From the NCBI GenBank assembly GCA_964035545.1, contig OZ037770.1, positions 15,056,642-15,120,641 of the forward strand: a stretch of DNA of 64,000 bases. Reading direction: 5' to 3'. The notes below the pieces were generated by a model. The model was given only the letters and a program-made list of their open reading frames with translations. It had not been told where the DNA came from and searched no databases. Positions 48,080-61,900 of this stretch are shown here, one piece after another (within the stretch, counting starts at the first letter, position 1; each line of letters begins with the position of its first letter). Both the position numbers and the translations under genes were made by a program. The stretch is from Bugula neritina. Lineage: Eukaryota > Animalia > Bryozoa.

Positions 48080-49432
48080 AAGTAAACGAACCACTGCATA
48101 GCCAAGTCCCTATTTTCAACTGTGAGCAGTTTACCTGCAGTAATGACTGGGTGAAACCACTGAGCAGTAGCCTGGATGTAAATTTGGAAAGAAAATTCAG
48201 CAGGTAATGTTTCTTATTCATGCTTTACTTGACTCAATTATAGTTTAAGAGAATAACCTCAGAATAATTATGAAGTTATATGCTATGCTAGTAATGATGC
48301 AAAGCCAGATATGGAGTGACTTCATTTTTTTAAAACCTGATTTTCAAACAGCAAACAGTTAAAAATATTTACTACATTTAGGAATCTGAAGTTTTCTCAT
48401 CTGTATTGGGAAAGGCTAGATTTAGGGTTTCGTTGTTCCTATTGCCATTCTAGTTTATTTGCTGAGCTGGAACTTGTAGCATTTCTTGTTAAACTTGGTA
48501 TATATTGCTCCTTTATAGGTGTAGGTAAAATAGACGTATAATTATGTACATTGGTTAAGGTTAGAGTAGGCTTTTTTGCTTATAATATTCCTCTCTGCAA
48601 ACACAGGATTTACTTTAAGAGCAGGATCTAGCAAATATAACTACTGCTTTGTGAATGGTTCAACAATTTGATCCAAAATTTACTTCAATTGTTGAAAATT
48701 GGTAGATTTGAAGTAGCCTCCGCATTATGTGCATGATCATTGATATCTAAAGGTTAATACTAGGCAGTACATAGCCAAAGGGTATGCTGCATGCAGAGCT
48801 CATTGTAAATAGTCTCAGTGTTTTAATGGATTTGACAAAGAATGGCAGGTGCTCACAGGTGGCAGGTTTAAAGTGTCAGAGTAGTATAGAAATTGAGACC
48901 TAAAATTACAGTTTAATATAAAAGTTATAATTTTATTATAAAATTATTAAATCTTCAAACATAATATTCTAGAGAAAATTTGACAGTTTTTGCTGTTATT
49001 TTTACTGATAATTAAGGATCTAAGGTTAACATAGAGATCAATGCAGTCCTCCAACAGCTGCCCAGTGTCACTGGTTGCTAATAGCAACAGGCTGCCACTT
49101 TCCTATGATGATATTGTGACACTGTATACAACTAACATATAGATTAATGGATTATATAAATCAAAAGCATCAATTGATAATCTCTTTTCATATATCTTTC
49201 TTCCATTTAATAATAGACTTTGGCATCAATAATCTTGTCAATTGTTTTATTGTCCTCATCCTGCATGATTGAGTGAATACAATGGGGTTGTGCAGCATCA
49301 ATGTCAGTCGGTTGCTAAGGGGCAGTTAGTCCGTTGCTAAGGGGCAGTCAATCGAGATACTAGTCAGTTGATTATAGTGTCAGCTGTGAGAAAGTGCTGC
49401 TCCGTTTGACTAGGCTTAGTAAGCGAGTAATT

Positions 49433-52400
49433 ATGACTATTTCGGCATCTATAAGCAGAAGGTCTGGTGAGTCATCAGCTGTTGGCAGCAAGTCGGCAGC
49501 ATCAAGGTCAAATGGCGGGAAGTCAGCAGTGGGCAGATCAGCAGGTGAACTGAGGGGCAGGTTTCAGACTATCTTTGGCTGACTACTAGTATTGTAACCA
49601 AATTGGTTTTGTGTTGTATTGAAATCAAGATGCATTTTGCTAACACTTTTTAACTTAGGGTTTAGGAAGGTTCAGAACTAAACATTCCAAAGTAGTCTGG
49701 CAATACAGGAAACAACCTCAGAGCCAATCATAGAGCAGATAACAGAACTGATGGTACAGGAGCAAGTAGCTGGTCATATTGGTTTTGCTGACAGAAGTAT
49801 GAACTATTTGTAGGAAGATCGTCCAGCATGCCCCCAAAGTCAGCGAGAGGAAAGAAGGAGGACCCTCCTCCTCCTATGGGCCCCGGCAGCCGTCTGGTGT
49901 CGCTGCCTAAGTTCATGAAGAAGTTTGTGTTTATTAATGGAGTTCGATTGGATCCAGAACTGAAAAAGATTGAAGCTAAAAAGTTGGTCTTCAACTTCAC
50001 TACGGCATCCTTCAAGGTAGAGTAGCTTTTCTCCTTAAGTCTGCATAAAACTTGAAGATGTGTTTTTCAGCAGCATGTGTGTTTACTTTTGGATGATAAG
50101 ATTGCAGTTTTAGTGAAGTTGAACGAGAATCTTTGATTGGAATATTAGAACAACACAAAGATGTAAAACCATTACTTTTATTTCAATATAAAGTTTAGTA
50201 AGTTTGCTATGAGTGACTGAAATTGAAAGTTCAAAGTTCAAGCTACTACAAAAACTCGCTCAAGTTTATAGTCACTATCCCTGTGAGAACCCCTGATGGA
50301 AAGGGTTTTTGTTAAATTGAACTAAGAACTTTTTCGAATGAGGCACAGGAGCAATTCTGACTAGATGCTCTTCAACACATCACTAATGGCCTTTGCCCAA
50401 GCTCAAACCCATGACCTCTTGTTTACTAGGTAAACGCTCTAACCCCTAAACCACAGCTGCTCCTTAGCCTCACCTACAATATGGGTAATATATTGTTAGA
50501 CTAGTTTTAGAGTTAGGCTATCAATCATCAATGTGATATATTATAGTGCTAGATATTGTGATATACAATCCACCAGGTCATACCGGAGCATGTGGTGAAG
50601 AACGAGGAGCTGAGAGATAAGATTGTGCAGCTCATCTGTGACAATAACTTTATCAAGAAAATCCCTCCAGAAATTTCTGGCTGCGAGCAAATGGTGAATA
50701 TCAATGTCAAGGGGAATTTGCTGAAGAAAGTGCCCCCTGGTGTGTGTAAACTGAAGATGCTTGAAGTTCTGGATATTTCTGACAATCAACTTAAGGTAAG
50801 CTGTTTACCCCACCCCACCCCAACCCCTATTCCTTGATAATCTTGGTCTAGATAGCTGAAAAAGAGCTCAAAAACTTGTGTAAAACAAAGAGTTTGATTG
50901 TATAGGTTATGTTCCTTTTAAGCTGCTTAACTGATTATTAAAAGTGTGGCAGAAAGCACTAAAATACCGCAGTGTTAAACCAAGGCAGTCTGTGTGTATA
51001 AGAATGAGACATGCAAGTATAGCAAAGAGCTTTTGTGAAATTAAATTAGTTCTTCTCTATATATGTGTAACGGTTCATCAACACTTCAAAGTCCATGATG
51101 TTTCAATGCTTTTGAAACACGGAGTAGAGGTGAAATGATAGTGCAGCTTGCAGCTATATTGTGTATGTTCATAGTTTAACACAAAACAAATTAATTAGTG
51201 ATAAAAAAATATAATGAGCTGCCTGGATTTCAATGGCAATGGAGGGTCATGACTAGATTGATTGGCACATTGTCGTTTTTTAATAATTGAGTTTTAGAAG
51301 ACTAGAATTACAAATTATCACCTGAATGTAAGTTTTAGTGAGCCTGACTGGATGAAAACTTTTCTGCATAAGAAAATATAATAATCTGATTGAAAATGAG
51401 AAAAGTTTCATTCTATATTATGTTAGCAAAACTACTTAGTTGCAACATAAATTTGAGTTGAAAGCCCTTGATGACAGCTAATGGTTTGACATTGAGATCA
51501 AGTGCTTGCTAGTGACATGTGAATAACCTACAGCATGATTTCAATCAACTCAACAAAAGAGTATTATTTGTTTTATTCTAGAATAAGCAGCGTGTTTGCC
51601 CTTTCATCTCTTCAACTCTTGATCAATATTTCTATTGCTACTCAATTGATCCAATATGATTTGTGATTGAAGTTAATTACTAATAACTTGTAAAATATTG
51701 GCTGCTTAAAATACTGCTTACTATTAGCTTTAGGAAGGTTCTATATAGCTTACAAATGTATGCAATATGCACACATCTGATAGCTGCCTATATTTATTAT
51801 ACAAGAAATTAGGCATAGCCTACTTTAAGTTATGAAAACAATTTTAAAGCATGCAGCGTTTGATTTGAATATACTTTACTATTTACTTATCAATTCCAAA
51901 TATTTTTAATCATAAAAATATTTATAGCAAAGATCACTAAAATATAATATTATTTTAGTGATTTAAAAATAATTAAACAAACAAAACATGATTTTATAGC
52001 TAGAAAGTTTCTATTTATCATGACTGACTTTGAATATTGCCAACACATACTCAATTTTACAATCAATACTACCTCTTAATTTGAATTTTAGGCTCTACCT
52101 AAAACAGTACACAAAGCAGCTGCTTTACACACATTTGTGGCTTCTGGAAACAAAGTTAGGAAACTCCCACCAAAGATTGGAGATTCAAAAACCCTGCGAT
52201 ACGTCCGTGTTCAAAACAACTTGTTGAAGACGCTGCCTAAAACCATCTACAAGATTCCAGTTGAGGTTGATGCCAGCAACAATCTCATCAAAGAACTTCC
52301 CAAAATAGCTCTTACAAAAAAGGTAGGAATATCAAGTTCACAATTCAAGCTTGCCCTGGTTAATTTTGCCAATAAATTTTAAATGCATTGCTGCTTATTT

Positions 52401-55400
52401 AGGTAATTTATAAACAAAGTTATATAATTCTTGAGTGGATTTGAGGAACTCATAATTTAATAATAAAATTACAGAACTTAGGCTATCTCAATTTCTTTGC
52501 TACTGCTCCCAAATGCATTATTAGCCGTTTGTTAATCGAAGAAAGGCCAAGTAAAGAAAAATTTATTCTCTTGTAACAATGGTAAACAATTCTGTTTTCA
52601 GGTAAAAGACGTTCACCTGAACAAACTTTTCCTTTCCAAGAATCAGTTACAAACGCTGCCAGAAGGCTTTGAGTTTCTGCAGTGTATGACTCATTTAGAC
52701 ATCTCCCACAACCAGTTCCAAGAGCTGCCGGCTTCGGTCGGCCATCTTAGATTTCTGGAATTCTTAGACATTTCTCATAACGACATTGGCATCATGCACG
52801 AAGACTTTTGCAAACTGAGTGAGCTTATAAATCAATTACATAGCTATTCTATGATATACATTAGGAAAAACCTTTCAATTAAATCGCTAATTATGTGTGG
52901 CATATATTTTATGTCAAATTTCAAATTGATGCGTGATATAATTTACTAAGTATTTAACATGCAGAAAAAGTCGCATTTTCAATTGTTAAGTCTTTAAAAA
53001 TGAAATAAATGTGGTTTAAAATATGTATGAAGTTGTCTCCCTTCACTTTGATTATATACATTAGGAATTTAAGCTTTAATTTTACTTTGACAGGTAAATG
53101 TCTAGTTGAATTTCACGCACAACAAAACAATATGGAGGAACTTCCTGAGAAGTTTGCAACGCTTCGATGTCTCCGAGTGCTGAATCTGTCTGAGAATAGA
53201 CTGTGCTCTTTACCCGCCAACTTCAGTGACATGTCTGCACTTGAAGATCTGAGACTAGCTAGCAATCAGCTTACTTCAGTTCAAGGTAATCACCAGTTCA
53301 AGGTCATCGTGTAATTTGCAGTTTGAATCTTAACAGAAAAATTGGAATTTACAACTCTCCTAACTACACTATTACTGAAGATTCAAGTAGTAGGCTTGAA
53401 ATCAACTAATTAGATTAGGTCTTTCAAATTGTCAAAACAAGGTGAACTGAAGGAGTTTTACCTAATATTAGTTTAAAGAATAAACATGCTGTTTGATTGG
53501 CCAATGAGTGAATAACTGTGACGATGATCTGTACGTCTGCTTGTTTCAGGCATAGAGTCACTGAAGAGGTGTGAGTATCTAGACATATCATCCAATCATC
53601 TTACTTTGCTACCAGAAGATATCCACAGAATGCTTTCTCTCAAGACATTCAAGGCTTCTCGCAATGAGATAGAATTTATTCCTCCACTACTAGGTAAGTT
53701 ATTGACGGATTAGCCAATGAAAACTCTGCTTGTTGTTTACAGCACGTCTGCACCAATGAAAGCTGCTAGATGTTTACAGCACTTGATCATCTAAATATCA
53801 GTATATTTTGATGTTGCACCATCTCGGTATGCTAATCTAAAGAGGAGACAACTTTTTATTCTGCTTTGTATCTGCAGGTGAGTTAGCAACTCTGAAGCAC
53901 GTAGATTTATCTCACAACCAACTAGTCAGTATTCCAGACAACATCGGCATTGGTCAGCTCCTCTCCCATCTTATCCTCGGTCATAATAAAATAACTGAAC
54001 TTCCTGTCGATCTTCGGAAATTCAGGACAGTTGAGGAGTTTGATATCTCTCATAACCAAATAGCGGCCATTGCTAAGAACTTTGCTACAGTTCTATCACA
54101 GCTACGGGTGAGTTGATACGTCAGCGTTGATAAAACAGTTCTGCAAAGTTTCGTATGGCTTTCCTAAGGCTATTTTTAGTAACAAACTGTCATCCGGAAT
54201 TCTAATCAAAACTGATGGTGGTGAAAGTAGAACTTGAAAACATGGTTTTGCAAAACTTTTATAAATACTTAAGGCCAGTTTTGTATCTAGATTCAAAAAC
54301 TGTCATCAGAACTCGTTGTCACTATGATTAACACCAACTGTGAACTGATAATAATGATGAAAGTGGGAATTATTTTACATGCAACACACCATTTGATTGA
54401 GTAAGGTTAGTTTGTATTTCTACCCGTTGACAGGTTTTCATCCCGTTGCTTGCTACTATTTTAGAGATTCAGACTAGGTACAAATCCAATCAGTGATCTG
54501 CAAGTGCCAAAGGAGTTGCGGGAGCTTGACGTGTCCGGAAATCAGTTCTATAAACTCCACAAAGTTATCACAGAGGATCTGTACAGACTGGAGATTCTGA
54601 ACATGTCCGGCATGCAATTGACTGAGGTATGCTGCGATACTCTCATACAATCTCGCGTATTCTTGTCTTTTAAGATATTCTTTTACAGTATTCTTTAAAT
54701 TATTATTCTGCAATTTTGTATCTTTAGAAGGCTCGAGATTGACTGATTATATTTGCATCATACTGTGTAGGAAAATATAAAATTTTACATAATGTATTTA
54801 TAGCTCAATTTGCTTTCAAATATTATATAATTCAGTTTTTAATTACCTATTTCCTCTTTATTAAAAGAGGCTCTCTAACTTGTAAACTTATAAAAAAAAC
54901 ATAAAAAACTTGCTAGACAATAGAATGTCTACCAAAAAGAGACAGCTCCCTGTTTATTGGACAGCCAACAGTACCTATACAACCCGGAAATTGTATAAAA
55001 ATATGTCCCAATTTTAAATATTTTCTCCAGTAAGTTATTCACCAATGAATATGTACAGACAACGTTTAAATGTTTAAATTTTCTAGCAAATTGGCAATTA
55101 TTCAAAATTGCAACATTCTAGCATATGGAACTGGTTTCTCATAAGTGATAATCTTACATCTAGCTGTACCCAAACTTACCAAGACTCTTTCATTGTAGCT
55201 ACCAACTACGATGCTGAAACTAAAGCTCGTCCATGACTTGGACCTATCACAGAACTCGCTGACCTCACTTCCTCCCGGACTAACCAAACTACGAGCTATA
55301 AGAAGACTCAACTTATCGGAGAACCAGCTGAGTGAGCTGCCAGAAGATATTGGTGATTTACAGAACCTCCAGCATCTCAATGCGTCTCACAACAGTCTTC

Positions 55401-57310
55401 TCAAGCTACCAGAGGTAAGAGACTTTCCCATATGTTTTGGCTTCTAATTTTAAGTTTTCTTAAAACTAAGGTAGAAATTTTATCTGTTGCAACTCTTAAA
55501 AAGTTTTAAGCATCAGTAATATAACATTAACTGGCTATTCCATTACTCTCTTGGTTTACTTAAGAATGTTTCATATGGTCGGTTTTACAGTTGCTTTGAT
55601 TTTGAAAGTGAAGTTCATGTCTCATTACTTAAGTAACAGCTTCAGGGTGTCAGTTTTGACAAAAACAAATGGCTGCTACAATGATGTACAGTATAAACGA
55701 CCTTTGTCTATAACATCTTTAGCAAAGATTGTAAAACATCAGTTTTGTCTTATTCTTACGTATAACTTGTGAGTAAAGTTGCCACTGCAGCACAGATTTT
55801 TAAAGCAGTGCCAAACTTAATTAAAGATTTATTTCAAGCATTGTTCAATTGTTGCAGAGTTTGTTTACATGTAAAGACTTGGAGGAACTTCTAGTGTCCA
55901 ATAACCAGTTGCAAGGTTTGCCAGATAACTTTGGTAGATGCAACAAGATTGTAACCCTAGATATAACGAGTAATAACATTACGTCCCTTCCTAATGATCA
56001 AATTGATACATTGGCCTCTGTACGGAATCTGCTCATAGCTGATAACGTCATGATGAAGTTGCCGGAAGACATCATAGTCCTCTATAGGTAAGAAACTGAA
56101 AACAACTTTAATCGACTGGTTTAATTTAAGTAAGCATGAATTGAGCGCGATGCGAGTTTAAGTTATAGCTCAGCTAGGCTGGATTTCACAAATCATGTTT
56201 CTTATTCTATTTTTTAATCTCAAAGTTTTCTTCAGTGCTCAAACTGTTAAAATGCTAAACATAAGTGACTTGTTCTCATATTATGTAGCAAGTATTCGAA
56301 TTTCAAGAAAGTTCTGTGTTGTTATCACACAGAATGATAGTATTTAATCTTGTCATAAGTTGCACTGTCTACTCTTTCTTTACTTGAATAGAATTGAGAA
56401 TCTAGATGCTAAAGGTAACGACCTGGTAGAGCTGCCGAAAGACATCTGGAAAATGTCTGGACTACACAAGATAGACATCAGTGACAACCTGATGACTGGT
56501 GAGTAGGCCAATGATGTCTATCCACAATACGAAGAGCGTTGATTACACTAATTGCAGTTTACATTCATTAGTATATCAACATATAATCCTCTTTCTGAAA
56601 ATGATCAATTCGTAATTGACAAGGTAAACAAATATATGCACTGAGTTAATCGTATGGTATAGGCAAAGTTTTTGTACAAAATTAGGCTGAAAACAATTCG
56701 AATTTTTGGCAAATTTTGTCAAACAAGCATCAACATTATTTGCAAGAATAGAGTTAATAGATTGATTTAACAACCTGAATTAAGTTCTTTCACTAATATA
56801 CATGAATTATGTGACTTACTGATGATGATGTGACTTACTGATGATCATGTGACCTACTGATGATCATGTGACCTACTAATGAACATGTGACCTATGGTTG
56901 CAGGTTTACCAGAAACGATATTCAAACTACCAGCAATAGAAGAAGTTGACGCCTCCGATAACAAGATTTATTCCTGGCCTAAAAAACTGGACAAACTACA
57001 GAAGAAAGCTTCAGTCAACACAACAGGTGAGAAAGAAACTGTTTGAACCTCTCCCCTGTTTGTTCCTTTCTTTTCAAAGCTTCTTATAGGTTTTAAAATT
57101 CATCAAGTTTGTTTTGAACAAGACAAAACCTTTTTTTCTATCTTCACAGGCCAGCAGAGTGTGAAGAGAGATCCACGGGCTCCACCGGATCCAGAACCTA
57201 CTCCAGAGCCAAAGAAAGGCAAGAAATCTGCCGGCTCCTCCCGCAAGCAGTCTCCGAAGTCGAGTCCGGCGACACCACGAAGTGGGGCGAAAGCCCCGGC
57301 AAAGAAATGA
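49433..57310 (+). CDS. Leucine-rich-repeat-only protein (about 806 aa from the ATG at 49828; possible upstream in-frame exon 49433-49544)
   Basis: Exons (49433-49544), 49814/49828-50016, 50577-50795, 52092-52322, 52602-52818, 53094-53285, 53550-53693, 53878-54107, 54465-54626, 55199-55414, 55858-56087, 56392-56498, 56904-57026, 57150-57310. More than 20 LxxLxLSxNxLxxLP repeats and basic Pro/Lys-rich termini. AATAAA at 57364. Confidence 0.88.
50349..50460 (-). mobile_element. tRNA-derived SINE, family 2
   Basis: The reverse complement GCAGCTGTGGTTTAGGGGTTAGAGCG...GAGGTCATGGGTTTGAGC contains A/B-box remnants, followed by a body shared with 47418-47512. Confidence 0.6.
56808..56894. repeat. 19-nt tandem repeat abutting an acceptor
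   Basis: ATGTGAC(T/C)TACTGATGATC x4.5, ending just before the acceptor at 56903. Confidence 0.85.
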
Positions 57311-58997
57311 TTGGTCCAACAATCAGTTTGACAATTGTCAATGTGATGTATCAGAAATGTATCAATAAATATTGGGGCAATTCTAGTACTTCAATTGAGT
57401 TAGGATAATTTCTACAATTCATTAGTTTTGAAAAATTTTTAACTATTGGGTATTGTAGTTTTCTGGCTATTAGGTTTTGATATTTATTGGCATGTGCTAT
57501 GGCATACTTTGCAACTGGCATTGTTTGACAAGTGGTTTTTAATTGTTGTACATAATATGGGACTTCTTAAAATGCTTATTATGCATGGCATATATTTTAT
57601 GTCTAACTTCGAAACTTCTTTGTTACTTTATGCATACGGAAATATGCAAAGGTTATAAATCCTATAAACATATTTTGATTATTTCATTTCTTTTAAATAT
57701 TTGTGCCTAAAAATTAGAACTTTTTTTATTTTTCTATATGCATGCAAAAGTATTCATGGTAAAACAACCTATAAACTTTATATCTCTTTTCTCTTGTTAA
57801 CTCGGGTGTTAAATATATTCTCAATTAAATAAAGTTACAAACTCTAACAAAATTCTAAGAGAAACAATTTATGTAGATGAGCAATGAAATTACAAGCTAG
57901 GTATTGATTTTGTTTTAACTTTGCTTTTACAAACAAGTGAGCCCTTAATAAATAGTACTCACTCAAACTACCTTATTTCTGTTTATTGTGAGTTAGTAAA
58001 ACACAAGCAAGTCTTACTAAAATGCAGCTACTGTAATACTCTAATTAATTATTGGAAAATTATGTATGCGAGGATAAATGTGTAGCCCTATATTTATTGT
58101 AGAGAAGTATAATATTATATATGCAAATAAGAAACAATCTCTAAACGATTACACACAGCATATAGCATTGATTACATAATATATCACAGTGATAAAGATA
58201 AGTTCCAACAAATCAGAATAGATTATAAGAAATCAAATGATTATAAATTTGATAGATTTAAAAAATAAATTTCAATATCTATATTATTAGTAAAGAAATT
58301 AAAAAGTGCTAAAAATAGTTAGGATTACCAAGTACCACCTAGTATTACCAAGTACCACCCAGTATTATGAAGTAGCACATTACAGCTGCATATTTCAACG
58401 AGCTATAAGGTCAAATGTAAACTAGATCACACCCAATTAAGTGCAATTATTAAACATGTTAAAAAACCATAATGCAAGTAAAATATTTTCAAAAATGAAG
58501 AATATTTATGATGAAGCTCAGTCAGTATAAATACCTGCAGGCAAGCAGTCTGTGGAATATACAAGTTGTGAACCACCTACAATAAAGTTAAGGACAGCTA
58601 CTGTATGCTACCACCCCATGAGTGCTGAGTAGTAAAAGTGCAGGGGAGCTTAACTCCTGTACATGTTTTTTTTGTGTATTTTTTTTCAACGCTTAAAACG
58701 TGTTAACCTTAGGCTTTAAAATGTTCTGTAAGTTGCAAAAATTCAACTTTCAACAAGTTAACGCGGATATTTAAAATGGTTCAACATTGCAGAATAATTG
58801 ACAAGTTAATCATCAACCAATTAATCACCTGCCATCAAGCTCATCTTTGTGATGCACAGAACTTGGAATAGGAATTAAATAAACCTAAATCGTGGTGAGT
58901 AGCAGAAAAGAAAGGACTCTTTGAACATGTTTATAGAAATATAAAATACAATGATATCTACACAGTAAGAGAGATACAGCTGATCAGTGAACCTACC

Positions 58998-61900
58998 TTA
59001 GACCTCAGAGAACATGATAGTCTTGTTCTCCGCTGCCAACATTTCAATAGAGTATTGCAAGGTGAAGGTTTGCGATGCTCCTGCCTTGATGGTGGCCTTC
59101 CACACGACGTTTCCTTTGCTGTTCTGGTAGACGGGGCCAGACGGTTTCTCTTTCTCTTTCTCCTTTTCCTTCTCTTTGGGCAGAGAGGGGGAGCTCACAA
59201 CCACCTGTGACAAGATGCCACAATACATGACAGTGTGAATCAACCACCTGTGACAACGTGTCACAATACATGACAGTGTGAATCAACCACCTGTGACAAG
59301 ATGCCACAATACATGACAGTGTGAATCAACCACCTGTGACAACGTGTCACGATACATGACAGTGTCAATCAAGCACCTGTGACAAGATGTCACAAGGCAT
59401 GACAGTGTGAATCAACCACCTGTAAAAACGTGTCACGATACTTCCTGTTATATAACACTTTATATTCCTGCTGCTGTTTCACTGATTTACAAAACTGCTT
59501 GAGGTCACCCACCGTGAACCTTGACCCTCAGTAACAACTTACTCTGATCTTATCCGTCTCGCTGCGGGGCAGCTGTTCTTCCAGTTGAATCTTTACGGGA
59601 TATGCATGGGTGTTTTTCACTTCCGTTACCTGCCGGTATTGTGTGGTAGACATTTTGGTAAACATACCTAAATTAAAACAGTAGAGGATCAGATATTATA
59701 AAAGCAGACGTGAGAGAAACAGAAGCGGGGACAGTGGTGGGTGAGAAGACATGGAAGAAACAGATGTGAAAAAACAGATTTGAAGAAAAGCCAGCTCTAG
59801 AGAAGCAGAGGTGACCAAGTAGTGGTAGAATGGGTAGATGTAAGGAGAAGAGTATGGAAGCATAAAGACGTAAGGAAATGTAGAAAAAAAGAAACCAAAA
59901 AGAGGCTGAACTCACCAGACGTCTCGTGCAGTTGACGACAAGGCCGATACTCAATCTTCACGGCAAAGTCTATTCCCAGCGAAACATCAAACTGCTCGTC
60001 AGGATTGACTGTTTGAAGAGAGGACTGCAAAACATCAAATAGATATCCACCAAATGTCAAACACTTAAGTTATTCAGTTCTAGTGGATCACTGAACTACT
60101 GGATTAATAACATAACCTCAGTACCTTAGTCATAAAGTTGTTGTCAACAAAGATGTTGGAGGGCCCCTGGAGAAAGAGAAACTTGGTTTTATTTGTGAGT
60201 TTAGCCTTGAGGTAGGCATTGGGTATCATCTTGGGAACAGTAAAGTGTTCGAACTCACACGGCAAATCTAGCAGAGCTACGGTAACTTTGTGGTCTGAAA
60301 TAAGAAACAGAACGCTACAGATTTCTCTGTCTAGGACTATACTCTATGTCTAGGACTATACTCTATGTCTAGGACTATACTCTGTGTCTAGAACTATACT
60401 CTATGTCTAGGACTATACTCTGTGTCTAGGATTATACTCTATGTCTAGGACTATACTCTGTGTCTAGAACTATACTCTGTGTCTAGGACTATACTCTGTG
60501 TCTAGGACTATACTCTGTGTCTAGGACTATACTCTGTGTCTAGGATTATACTCTATGTCTAGAATTATACTCTGTGTCTAAGACTATACTCTGTGTCTAG
60601 GACTATACTCTATGTCTAGGACTATACTCTATGTCTAAGACTATACTCTATGTCTAAGACTATACTCTGTGTCTAGGACTATACTCTGTCTAAGACAACA
60701 CTTAGCTAGGAGATCTATATATACAGCCACCAGGTCTCAAAATTTTGTTTTGTTTGAATTTATTATTAAAAAATTGTTACAAGTTTCAATTAGGTGAAGT
60801 TTCAAATATACAGAATGTTTTAAAATAATGTCCTAACATACAGGAAGATTAAATAATCTAAATTGAGATGAGAAAAAATCAAGTAATGTAATTTAAGAGG
60901 TTTTCCTGCGGAACCAACCTTGCTTATCACTGGGAATCGTAGCCTGCCTTGGTATTTCATACATGGTGCTCAATGCTCCTTCATTCACCTGCAATTCAAC
61001 ACTCAGACTACAGTTTCACCTCTGGCATTCCCACAAACACAATTTATGAAGTTGCCTTACTTTTAACTTAAAGCTACAGGAAAATAGTTATATGGTACGT
61101 GATGTGAAAGATTTCCTCACATATACTTGCTGTAGATTCCCGTGCCTCCAGCTCGGTATTATGTACAGAGAGATGAGAAATGAAAGTGACAAATGATACA
61201 CTGGGAAGCCCAACAGCCTAAAGGTTCATGTCACGTTACATAAAGAAAAACATAAATAAGGAAATATTTGTATAGCAGAGGCTGTTGCAGTCTGTCATTT
61301 TGAATCTAAATCTTGAGACAACTAAGACCTCACCTCCGCAGTCATGACAGACATGGCCGCCATCTCAGGACTGAATGAGTCGGAGGACATCTTGGAAGCG
61401 CGGGGGTGGGAGTCATACTGATAGCTAGCCGACCTGGTGCTGCCGCCGATGCCGTTGTGACTGAAACCGTCCGATCTAAACAGACAGCAGAATACAACGA
61501 GTGAGTCAGTAACTCATGCTATTCTCTCAGATTATGTGAGTGAGTGCTAAGATATTACAAGAGTGTTGAAATAGAGGACATGTGACTTACCGTCTCTCTG
61601 GTCTGAACTTGACAATCTGGCCGCGGAGCTCAGGAATAGTTCCGCCCACACCTGGTTGCGCTGTCGAGAGAATGAGTCTGGCATTGGTCCAGTCTTCGCC
61701 TGTTTTCTGGTTGATCACTCCAAAATAGTTGATCTGAAGAAAAGAGAAAAGTATTAGACAGTTACACAAAATATGCTCTTTGTATCACCTGTTCCCTGTG
61801 TCGCATGCTCTATGAGTCACCTGTTCCCTGTGTCACATGCTCTATGAGTCACCTGTTCCCTGTGTCGCATGCTCTATGTGTCACCTGTTCCCTGTGTCGC

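Noticed and set aside
52885-57612. Recurring peptide LIM.GIYFMSNF in two short ORFs (52686 and 57446)
   Set aside because: A dispersed non-coding repeat fragment (ATTATG..TGGCATATATTTTATGTC) in an intron and a 3' flank. Element ends could not be defined.
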